This document shows positions 21,101 through 28,637 of a DNA stretch of 64,000 nt, piece after piece; within the stretch, counting starts at the first letter, position 1, and every line of letters starts with the position of its first letter. The notes below the pieces were generated by a model. The model had not been told where the DNA came from and made no database searches. It was given only the letters and a program-made list of their open reading frames with translations. Location: IMG/VR virus record IMGVR_UViG_3300021088_000010, positions 451 through 64,450 of that record, one strand, 5' to 3'. The stretch is from a virus (taxonomy: Duplodnaviria; Caudoviricetes). The position numbers were made by a program, and so were the translations under genes.

Positions 21101-24100
21101 AGTATGGGTATTAGTGTAGCTGATTGGTTGAAGGGTCCTGTTCAGGATAAGTCTGTGTTACGTGACATGGATACTATTCGAGACGCTCAGCAACGTGATC
21201 TCAAGGGGCCAGCACGCAGCTTTGTTAATCGTGTCGCGCAGCTTCCCGGCGACGTGTACGCTAAGATGTTTGATAAATTCGCTTTCATTAATGACCGTCC
21301 GGGTGCTGTGCAAAACTTCCTGATGAAATTTGATCCTCGGGGTGCTGCATTTAGGGACCTACGAGGAAAGCTAGATATTGAGAACTCCCCTTACGTTAGC
21401 GCATGGTTAGCGGCTGGTGGTGGTGGAGGTATGGCCGAAGCTCATCTGCTTGACTATAAGAATATTATTAAAGATGCTCAGTCAAATAAGATGGGCGAGC
21501 ACCTCAACGACTACTTGAACCTCCGTGGCTATCAGCGTGTATATGATGTAATGCAAGAACGAATACAGGAAGCCGATGATGCTATTAATAAAGCTCAGCA
21601 AGCTTTGCAAACGCCTAAGCTTCCTGTAGAAGTTGAGGCGGGAATTCGCAAGGCATTGCGAGAGGCCAAAGCTGAAAAGCAGGAAGTAATTGACAGACTG
21701 ACCAGTAAGACTTTAGTACCACAACCCTACGACCCCCCTAAGATTGCTGCTGACCTAGCTCAGATGCAGGCTCAGCTTGGCCCTAAGTTCAATGACGTGA
21801 AGATGCTTGCTGATCGTGTGTTTGGCTTGAATCGTAAAGCACTCGATATGGTTCACGACGCAGGAATTATTGGGGATGCGGAGTATCAGAAGTACACGGG
21901 ACGCGGTAATGAATACATCCCAATGCACAGAATTCTCGAACAGGTTGCAGACAATACTGGTCGAACAAGTGGAAAAGGTTCCCCACTATATCTTCGACAA
22001 CAGAATGTTATTAAAGCTCTTATGGGTTCTGACCGTATTAACAGGGACCCCATTACTGCTTCTGCCGATGCTAATAGAGAAGCCATCCGTGAAGTTATCC
22101 GTAACGGAGTCATCAAAGACTACCTAAAGGTAGCTGTTGCTGATCCGCAAGGGGTGGGTTCCCTTTTCAAACCTGTCAAGAGTGGATACAAAGCGGGACC
22201 AGATGAAGGTCTTGTCGGTGTGTATGATAACGGGCAACAGCATACGTTTGCTACTCCAGCTTGGCTCTCTGAGTCCCTGAAGGATGTGTCTCCATCTAGT
22301 CTAGATGTTATTGGTAAAGGTCCCTTACAATACTTTAGTCAGCTACTCCGCAAGGGCGCGACGATGGGTAACTTGGCGTGGTCGATACCTAATGCTCTTA
22401 GACATTTCGGGGACATGGCCATTATGTCTGATGCTGGACTGAAGGACATTCGCACCCTGCCAAAGGATGCGGCTGGCCTCATGCGGGAGTGGACTAAGGC
22501 TGTGTATGGCTCAGTTACTCACGACGGAAGCTGGCAAGAGTACATGCGCTCTGGTGCTGCGTACTCTACTTTACAGCGCATGATCTCACCTGAGATGGCG
22601 CTTGATCTAAAGACACTTGGCTTTGGACAGAAGATTGTTAAGGGTAGATTTATTGACGTAGTGCAGGACTTCAACGCAGCAGTTGAAGATGCCACGAAGA
22701 TGACCACGTTCCAACGATTGAGGCAGGCTGGATACACAGAGAAGGCTGCCGCGTGGGAAACAAGAAGGTACGGGGGTGGACCAGACTTCGCTAAGCAGGG
22801 GAACTTGACCCCAGCTATTAACCTAGTCTCAATGTTCTTTAACGCTCACCTTCAGTATGTGTCGAGGGTGTTCGCTCGGGCTGCGGAGAATCCGGCAAGG
22901 GTTGGAGTAGCTCTTGCTGCGATAACTGGGATGGCGATGGCTCTGAATGAGCACAATGTTCAGCAGAAAGATGAGAAAGGTAATCTTTTGCTTCGGAAAG
23001 TGCCTTATACTGACCGTGAGAATAACTTTGTTGTCTTGACGGGGGACACATACCAGTCATCTTCGGGCGCAACACTTCCAGTGTACTACAAAGTTCCAAA
23101 ACCATCTTTTGTAAAGTTCTTGTATAATCCAATAGAGAACATGTTAAACAAGGTTGCGGGCCATGAGGAACGTAGTGGCGTACAGCTTGGGCTTCAAGCC
23201 GTGAGTAACTTATCTCCAGGTCAGATGGACCTTCAACAAAGCGAGATTGGGAAATCTGCTGTTCGGGGTGCTGTCTCGTCATTAAATCCCGTGATACGGG
23301 CTCCTCTCGAAGAAACTATGAACTACAAGACTACTGGAACAGGTGGACCTATAGTTCCCGGTCGGGAACAGAATATTGATCCTCAGTTTCAGTATGGACC
23401 TGGGACAAGCCCGATGGCTCAGCAGATGGGACAGGGTGGAGTCCGAGGTGCTGTAGCAGGCGGGGCTGAAGGTGCATCAATAGGTTATCTACTCGCAGGC
23501 AATAAAGGTGCGGCAATTGGTGGTGCATTGGGTAGTATAACTGGCTCATTCGGAGTGTCTCCTCGTAGGGCTGAGCATGTAATAGACACAACCACAGCAG
23601 GTGTTGGTCGCATGGCAACAGGCTTTGTTGATCCCTTCATTGCTGCTGTGAAGCAGACTCACATGGAGGGACCGGAGAAGCTCGCCAATACTCCTGTGGC
23701 TGGACCTATCCTTGGGCGCTTTGTGTCTACCAGCATTGACCAGCAGGAACAGTCACTGCAGTACCAGTTCTACAAGGATGCCCAAGCCGCTCAGCAACCT
23801 ATGCAGACCATTGAGTTCTTAAAGAAGAATCACCCAGAGCAAATCCCCGCTTACATTGAAAGCCACAAGGACGATCTCTGGAAGGCCCAAGTTGCTACAC
23901 AGATGCAGAGCAGGCTAGGCCAAGTAATGAACACCCAAAAAGCTATCAAGCAGAATCAGCAGATGTCAGACAAGGATCGCTCTGAAGCTCTTAAGAACTT
24001 GCATGAAGTAAAGATGCAGGTGCTCAGGGTGTTCGCGGGTGTGCTACGTCCAACTCCTCAGGTTGGTCAGGCAAAGGCATTTTACGGGGAAGGTCAAGGC

Positions 24101-24112
24101 AACGCCCGTTAA
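18146..24112 (+). CDS. giant internal virion/ejection protein, C-terminus LPD38-like
   Basis: 1988 aa; DFAKQG...FFNAHLQ, PVIRAPLEETMNY...GGPIVP, SPRRAEH segments; two Gly-rich hydrophobic hairpins. Confidence 0.7.
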   Translation: MPQDNQTPQQIPGSDVLLDTLRRSRLTDDQRQQMWDAYHTPGDEKAFIGAMRGLPVNDDVRQNLYDMRYKGWKNEPTNAQGPKAAQAQTVASLDTQTPAKGDVRPSATDVLSKTTGISPASTWQRLGNVVAPFMEHMRVGGAAQGEGLVDPGAAVSSRHPILKATGEFAGGLTSAPNLILAGGSAGLSEAAPVVSKLLNLGFSQQMLKGAYERYAPFKEAIDRGDSDAALEHFTHMVLGGAFGLHSATEGMSTDPKTRMDVRKNIATEAKLRGNDPVLNSAVRQAATLPDKATPLGPISETGGQQLHLDFTTKAPTEARAPQHTDLNATKAADAPPRYAPKPATGTPGGGPTSPQELARVGGLVYKGELFPGAGVHQFEHPDYPAQTMAVKESDIPSKLGAAVDYLRGRMQEKLDQKPIVSEAPKPVQRDIPTLIQQLHGNFDRIADLNRQRDAAESDQLADEIGRKHQDQEASVRSILAGDMARWSNKDVATFRDSATTEAQRLEAQAKAIQDLTEATVKNRGVKKEIADLRSQGGPLRYIVDPETGERVSVKPDSPAGRGARSVFDELQGRVPTSEFSSIEVHGKPEGVSDKEWGDHVTKLQEERVGLKRKISDAVTVASDTGSSIAEAGIEEHVARLKEIEGLLGKYQEPAETGRRPNLAPELDEQGAIKAPEPLKSWTLERARLALGAKVKQIPTDEEFFQHADLRNEKGRLFRSVADVADGVLKDRKRGGQAGVLGEGALKGQVKQVSLADRVPSDDEIMRRANAAKIYARELSDDFRMGVAGFLSRDGRIGIDSGNMMHDDVAQTVLPELVIPKASKGGFTDSGSPLRAMLEKGWIRKASPVDYETWAADSRALKTIETDMLRNGKYGQKVSIDVRKAVGNYVGLTIEQGWDEKYSNLEDAVNAAKRRQGWGPEQGAISGARLATGGTVGGIVGSLVGAHLGHPYEGAAIGWGLGFVTPAIADHPLMWNRLNSIRPAITSMGISVADWLKGPVQDKSVLRDMDTIRDAQQRDLKGPARSFVNRVAQLPGDVYAKMFDKFAFINDRPGAVQNFLMKFDPRGAAFRDLRGKLDIENSPYVSAWLAAGGGGGMAEAHLLDYKNIIKDAQSNKMGEHLNDYLNLRGYQRVYDVMQERIQEADDAINKAQQALQTPKLPVEVEAGIRKALREAKAEKQEVIDRLTSKTLVPQPYDPPKIAADLAQMQAQLGPKFNDVKMLADRVFGLNRKALDMVHDAGIIGDAEYQKYTGRGNEYIPMHRILEQVADNTGRTSGKGSPLYLRQQNVIKALMGSDRINRDPITASADANREAIREVIRNGVIKDYLKVAVADPQGVGSLFKPVKSGYKAGPDEGLVGVYDNGQQHTFATPAWLSESLKDVSPSSLDVIGKGPLQYFSQLLRKGATMGNLAWSIPNALRHFGDMAIMSDAGLKDIRTLPKDAAGLMREWTKAVYGSVTHDGSWQEYMRSGAAYSTLQRMISPEMALDLKTLGFGQKIVKGRFIDVVQDFNAAVEDATKMTTFQRLRQAGYTEKAAAWETRRYGGGPDFAKQGNLTPAINLVSMFFNAHLQYVSRVFARAAENPARVGVALAAITGMAMALNEHNVQQKDEKGNLLLRKVPYTDRENNFVVLTGDTYQSSSGATLPVYYKVPKPSFVKFLYNPIENMLNKVAGHEERSGVQLGLQAVSNLSPGQMDLQQSEIGKSAVRGAVSSLNPVIRAPLEETMNYKTTGTGGPIVPGREQNIDPQFQYGPGTSPMAQQMGQGGVRGAVAGGAEGASIGYLLAGNKGAAIGGALGSITGSFGVSPRRAEHVIDTTTAGVGRMATGFVDPFIAAVKQTHMEGPEKLANTPVAGPILGRFVSTSIDQQEQSLQYQFYKDAQAAQQPMQTIEFLKKNHPEQIPAYIESHKDDLWKAQVATQMQSRLGQVMNTQKAIKQNQQMSDKDRSEALKNLHEVKMQVLRVFAGVLRPTPQVGQAKAFYGEGQGNAR

Positions 24113-24127
24113 CTAGAGGGTACCAAA

Positions 24128-24847
24128 ATGACAAAAATAAAGCCCCGATTTCCCGTTCGTGAGTTTCTAGGGAAGTTCGAGGCTTGGCTATTAGTTATGA
24201 AGGGCGGCCACGTCATGCGTTGCTATGACGGTGTGCTAGAGCGTTTGTTTGAGATGTTCCCAAAACGCACAGGTATAGAACAGTTCGTCAGCATGGACAT
24301 AGGGGACTATGTTGCCGTTCGTACCAAGCAGGGTGCAGCCCAGCTAAGTCTCAATCACGAACTCAGTATGTTAAGCAACTTCTTCAAGTGGTGTCAAGAG
24401 GATCAGCACCTAAAGGTCTATAACCCTGCCAAGATATACATAGGTCACTGGAAAACTGAGAAGGTCCCCAACCACAAAATCTTTACGCTCGACAAACTCA
24501 ACCGGCTTCTTGATGCTGTGCCGTTGAAAGAGAAGAGAATAATCTTGAGCGTGATTCAGGGAGGCGAGTGTCCCCGGTACCGGGCAGGTAATGTAATCAG
24601 GGAAGCTGCAAAGCAACTTGGCTTTGAGGGCTTTAGTATGGGAGCCCTGAAGCGTGCGAGTAAAAACAGGTTGGGAAGGGAGATTATAGAGTACTACTGC
24701 CGTCAAGTTAGCAATACCTTGCCTCCTGAAGCCCAATGCTATGGCGACACCCTCGCTACAGTCCAGCGAGCGGCCCCTAATGAACGGCCCGCGATCTGCG
24801 ACAGTTACAACTACCCTCTTATTTGTAACGGGATTAATCAACAGTAG
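24128..24847 (+). CDS. degenerate tyrosine-recombinase-like protein (core-binding domain, no intact catalytic set seen)
   Basis: IGDYV...SLNHELSMLSNFFKW...NPA...FTLDKLNRLL resembles an integrase N-domain; HxxR box appears as MGALKR. Confidence 0.55.
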   Translation: MTKIKPRFPVREFLGKFEAWLLVMKGGHVMRCYDGVLERLFEMFPKRTGIEQFVSMDIGDYVAVRTKQGAAQLSLNHELSMLSNFFKWCQEDQHLKVYNPAKIYIGHWKTEKVPNHKIFTLDKLNRLLDAVPLKEKRIILSVIQGGECPRYRAGNVIREAAKQLGFEGFSMGALKRASKNRLGREIIEYYCRQVSNTLPPEAQCYGDTLATVQRAAPNERPAICDSYNYPLICNGINQQ

Positions 24848-25072
24848 CTTAGTCCCGAAGGGGAGAGTCTTATGAGCTACAGTCATTGCCAGCTTATCGT
24901 AATGTTTGCCGTTAGCCATGACCTTACCCGACTCGTCGCCGTACCAGCTTGATACCACCCCGAAAGGGGTCCTAGAACTTAAATCCGTCGCCTTGGCTGT
25001 CGGGGTCAAGGTTAGCATAAAAGGCATCAAGACCAGCCCAGTCAGTATCGCTCTCTTTCTCCATGTAATCAA
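24410..25072 (-). CDS. rlpA: RlpA-like lytic transglycosylase (DPBB) with signal peptide
   Basis: SSWYG...MANG...TVAHKTLPFGT...VVVTVADRGPFIRGRSLDCS. Confidence 0.85.
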   Translation of the reverse strand: MITWRKRAILTGLVLMPFMLTLTPTAKATDLSSRTPFGVVSSWYGDESGKVMANGKHYDKLAMTVAHKTLPFGTKLLLINPVTNKRVVVTVADRGPFIRGRSLDCSEGVAIALGFRRQGIANLTAVVLYNLPSQPVFTRTLQGSHTKALKAKLLCSFPDYITCPVPGTLASLNHAQDYSLLFQRHSIKKPVEFVERKDFVVGDLLSFPVTYVYLGRVIDL

Positions 25073-25652
25073 TGTAGTCCTCCGGTTTGGATATCAGATT
25101 GTAGACCCCGATACTCTTTGCCTTCAGACCCTTTAAGTCTCCATCCTTTACTGCTATGATATAATCCCAATCCTCATATTCATCTAAAGCTATTTCACTA
25201 GGATGATTCGGGTCACGGCCCGGATCAATATACTGAGTTCCATCTGCATTATGACGGCGGACTTCAACCATGAAGCCGCCGTTTTCCTTTATCCACTGAG
25301 CCTCATTGATAAATCTAACGTCCGTAATAACCGCAGCCTCAGGCTGTTGAGCAACTATTTTCTCCGCTACTTTATCAACCCAGAAGTTCTCGTCAAGTTC
25401 TCGAAACTCCATCCCAACCATCTGCAAAATAGGGGAGCATCCATAGATGGGATCATCTTTCCAAGCAGGGAGTTGCTTTGTGGAGTTGCGTAGCTGCCAT
25501 CGAGGAACTAATTCATCGTGATGTTCTTTGCAATATAACTTCAACTCATCTGCAAAAGCAAAAATTTTAATAGCAGGATTTACCTGCTTCATATAGTTCG
25601 CAACAAAGTTCTTGCCTTGACGTGCTTTGTGACCCAAGCCAATAAGAATCAT
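24972..25652 (-). CDS. deoxynucleoside monophosphate kinase
   Basis: IGLGHKARQGKN, FAFADELK, VITDVRFINE, HPSE. Confidence 0.88.
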   Translation of the reverse strand: MILIGLGHKARQGKNFVANYMKQVNPAIKIFAFADELKLYCKEHHDELVPRWQLRNSTKQLPAWKDDPIYGCSPILQMVGMEFRELDENFWVDKVAEKIVAQQPEAAVITDVRFINEAQWIKENGGFMVEVRRHNADGTQYIDPGRDPNHPSEIALDEYEDWDYIIAVKDGDLKGLKAKSIGVYNLISKPEDYIDYMEKESDTDWAGLDAFYANLDPDSQGDGFKF

Positions 25653-26230
25653 TGAGCCTCCAAAATTAGTTTTGCAAAGTCGTTGAAGCTAAGAACAGCA
25701 GGTGCTTGACAGAATTCTTGGTTGTAGGTAGTACGAAGAATATAAGTACCACCGGGACATTTTGGATAGACCTCACTCACATTCTTCGGTCTATCATCAA
25801 TGAAAGCGTTTAGCTTCAGCCCTTCGGCTACGGGACCTTTGTTATCTGATATGATAACATTCGTGTAGACAATTCCAAAGGTCCTCTTGAGCCACACCTT
25901 AGTCTGATCTTCAACAGGCATACCCATACCATCTTTGCGGTTAGTGATAAAGATCACACGATGCTTCTCACAGAGTTGAGAAAGTAGATCAGTCTTAGGT
26001 AATGGTTCATGTCCTAGCCACCAGTTAGGTATAGTGTCTATCCTATTCCAGAACTGTCGCTCCTCTTGAGCATTGATCCCTAAGGATTCAAATGCCCACG
26101 TAGTCTGAACTAGCTTATCGTCTGGACGCCCATTGAACATCTGCTTCATCAGCTTACGCGCAGCACTGGTAAAGTCAGCGAGGACACCATCAACGTCCAC
26201 CCCGATGTTAAGCCTTCTTTCCATAGTCAA
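25649..26230 (-). CDS. 5'(3')-deoxyribonucleotidase (HAD superfamily, NT5C-like)
   Basis: GVDVDGVLADF, FITNR, FIDDRPKN, YN. Confidence 0.85.
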   Translation of the reverse strand: MTMERRLNIGVDVDGVLADFTSAARKLMKQMFNGRPDDKLVQTTWAFESLGINAQEERQFWNRIDTIPNWWLGHEPLPKTDLLSQLCEKHRVIFITNRKDGMGMPVEDQTKVWLKRTFGIVYTNVIISDNKGPVAEGLKLNAFIDDRPKNVSEVYPKCPGGTYILRTTYNQEFCQAPAVLSFNDFAKLILEAQ

Positions 26231-26786
26231 CCTCCAGATAAGCTATAGCTTTAGTCAAAGCAGGAATAGATTCTTTGAGTAAGCCTATTGCACGATTACA
26301 GGGACCACAAAGGAGACCTCGCACAATCTTAGTTCCCTTTATGTGATCTACGTGAAAGTCCTTTGTAATATCTCTACCACAAATCTTACAGAAACCTTCT
26401 TGCTCTTTTAATAACCCTTGAGCATCTTCAGGTTCTAAATTATAGTCGTGTCTTAGTTTTGTCTCACGGCCTTTACGCATAAGATAGGCACGGAACTCTG
26501 GATCAGAATGATACCTTTTCTTTCGCCGTGCTATTGTCTTTTGATTCTTAATCCACCTTTTATCCGCTGACATAGCAGCGTGCCATTTACGACGATCTGC
26601 ATTGTAGCAGTTTTTGCATTCAGGACGAACGCCCAACTTAAATCTGTCATCCTTCACAAAGTTATCTAAAGAACCTATAAAGGAACAACGAGAACAAGAT
26701 TTACTTTCCGCTGTAGATATTTCCGCCATAAGAAAATTGTCCGTTAGATATAATGATAATATAGATGTTAAATAGTCCTGCTCCAA
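26208..26786 (-). CDS. endonuclease VII-type HNH endonuclease
   Basis: QEGFCKICG, HVDH...VRGLLCGPCNRAIG; true start probably at MAEIST. Confidence 0.88.
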   Translation of the reverse strand: MEQDYLTSILSLYLTDNFLMAEISTAESKSCSRCSFIGSLDNFVKDDRFKLGVRPECKNCYNADRRKWHAAMSADKRWIKNQKTIARRKKRYHSDPEFRAYLMRKGRETKLRHDYNLEPEDAQGLLKEQEGFCKICGRDITKDFHVDHIKGTKIVRGLLCGPCNRAIGLLKESIPALTKAIAYLEVDYGKKA

Positions 26787-27462
26787 ATTCCTCTACTATA
26801 CCAAATCCATGCACATGATTATTTGATGCACCCTTCGCATACGCAGGAGCAACTGTACCTAAAGTAGGAAGTACATATCCAGCCCACTTGTCGTTCTTTT
26901 TAACTTGAGAAGTTTTGATATGCATCTGTGCGGTATGGACATGACCCATGATAGCTGTAGCACAGAATGCCTCCACAAGTTTCTTAGAGATATACATAGA
27001 ACTACCGAGCTGATCTCCATGTATTAAATAGACTTTTCCAATCTTATAGTGGTCTCCCTGCGGGATAACTTTCCAGTTTCGTTCAGCTAGGTTAAGAGAC
27101 TTCTCAATTGATAGAGCCCCTTTTAACTCAGGCTGCTCCTCAAGAAGTTGTTGAAGCCAATCTTCATGATTTCCATAAAAGATAACTTTCTTTGCGGCCT
27201 TAGGAATACGAGCTTCAATTGGCTTTAATATATTTGCATTAAAATAGTCAAGATCATGCTGCCATCCACCTGGTTTACGAAGGCCAGGCTGTTGCTTCGT
27301 GTGTCGTGAGATATCTTCACAATCCATGTTGTCCCCTAAGAGAACAACACCTTCCACAGGATTTTGCTGAAGAAAATCTAACACAGCTCCAAATGATTCT
27401 TTATCTTCTTTTGGAGCATGTATATCAGAGAGGATTGCCCACGTCCGTATTTTTTCTGCCAT
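26701..27462 (-). CDS. calcineurin-like metallophosphoesterase
   Basis: SDIH, LGD, GNHE, HG, GHVH motifs. Confidence 0.88.
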   Translation of the reverse strand: MAEKIRTWAILSDIHAPKEDKESFGAVLDFLQQNPVEGVVLLGDNMDCEDISRHTKQQPGLRKPGGWQHDLDYFNANILKPIEARIPKAAKKVIFYGNHEDWLQQLLEEQPELKGALSIEKSLNLAERNWKVIPQGDHYKIGKVYLIHGDQLGSSMYISKKLVEAFCATAIMGHVHTAQMHIKTSQVKKNDKWAGYVLPTLGTVAPAYAKGASNNHVHGFGIVEEFGAGLFNIYIIIISNGQFSYGGNIYSGK

Positions 27463-28355
27463 TAGGTCCTCGTCCCTCCGAAGTTTAAGTCCACTGATTC
27501 ATAGCCATTAGGTGTCAGATTCAAAGTCTTTGACTTACCGTGTAAGTATCTGCCATAAAAGGTGAAGTCTCGTTTAGTACTATAAGCATTAGGAGCGTCC
27601 ATGAAGATCAAGTGTCCACCGCCCCCAACGAATGCTGATGATCCCCGTGCCGAACTGATTGCCAGGTTGCTCCCGTTCTGTTGAGGATTCTCCGACTTCT
27701 TCCTGTTGTGATGCGTAAGGATAATGCCCAAGTATCTGTTCTTGAATAAAGGATTCAACTTGTTGATCTGATTCTGAATTGTAGCCGCATCGTTTTCTCC
27801 GTGCGGGGGAAGTTTCGCCAACCCTCCAAACGTGTCCACTACTAAGATTTTCGACTTTGTAAGTGAGAGCATCTTCTCTGCAAACGCGATAGTGTCCTCC
27901 CATGTCTTAATCTCCTGGGGTGTTTCTTCAGCTAGAAGTACGAAGAAGTTCTTATTCCCTATAAGTCCTTTAACCTCACAGACTTGTTTCTTGAACTCCT
28001 GCTCAGTCTGCTCTGTTAGATATAGGACCCTTGTGGGTGGGCACTGTTTGCCAAGAAACTTTCCACCCTCCGTTACGGCTTTAAGAATATGAAAGAGGAG
28101 TATGGTCTTGCCTGTCTTAGGCTCAGCGGATAGAATTGTTTTTGCTCCGACAGGTATCCAATCTGGGCAAAACCATTCAATCTCAAGATTAGGACGGGCG
28201 GCAAGTTGTTCAAGGTTGATAAGGGGGGACCACCGCTCTGGGGCTTCCTCCCATCGTTCGTGCTCGTACTCTCGAAAGGCTTGTTCGGCGGGGTCGTGGG
28301 ATGTCGTTTTGTAAAGGTCAAAAGGTGGGTCTAGTGTGAAAGGATATTCGGCCAA
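27462..28355 (-). CDS. AAA_25 / RepA-like SF4-type helicase ATPase
   Basis: AEPKTGKT Walker A, VLYLTE, LVVDT, THHNRK, ARGSSA. Confidence 0.8.
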   Translation of the reverse strand: MAEYPFTLDPPFDLYKTTSHDPAEQAFREYEHERWEEAPERWSPLINLEQLAARPNLEIEWFCPDWIPVGAKTILSAEPKTGKTILLFHILKAVTEGGKFLGKQCPPTRVLYLTEQTEQEFKKQVCEVKGLIGNKNFFVLLAEETPQEIKTWEDTIAFAEKMLSLTKSKILVVDTFGGLAKLPPHGENDAATIQNQINKLNPLFKNRYLGIILTHHNRKKSENPQQNGSNLAISSARGSSAFVGGGGHLIFMDAPNAYSTKRDFTFYGRYLHGKSKTLNLTPNGYESVDLNFGGTRT

Positions 28356-28637
28356 TTAGTTCACCAGTTCTAAGGCAGGCTTAGCTGCTTGAGCCTTAGC
28401 CAACTCTGCCACCATCTCATCTTGAATCTTGGTCTTGAGGACCATTTCTTTGGCCTCTCTACGAAGGTGATCTTCAATACTCTCTAGCTCAAATTCCGCT
28501 ACGCGGTCCAGTGAATGGGTAATCCCATTTTCATGTGACATAACGGGGCGTCGCACAACTACACCTGCGTCCTCTAATCGTATGACAATACAAAGCTCAC
28601 CTGTCGTCTTGTAGCAGAATACTTGTCCAGGTTCCAT
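28356..28637 (-). CDS. hypothetical protein
   Basis: Coupled to the polymerase stop. Confidence 0.6.
   Translation of the reverse strand: MEPGQVFCYKTTGELCIVIRLEDAGVVVRRPVMSHENGITHSLDRVAEFELESIEDHLRREAKEMVLKTKIQDEMVAELAKAQAAKPALELVN

Noticed and set aside
743-23618. Many alternative-frame and antisense ORFs in the track (e.g. 743-1177, 7477-7947, 22839-23282)
   Set aside because: Shadows of longer, recognisable genes, without RBS or motifs.
24128-24847. Functional integrase / lysogeny module
   Set aside because: Catalytic residues not recognisable; no repressor or att-like context found.
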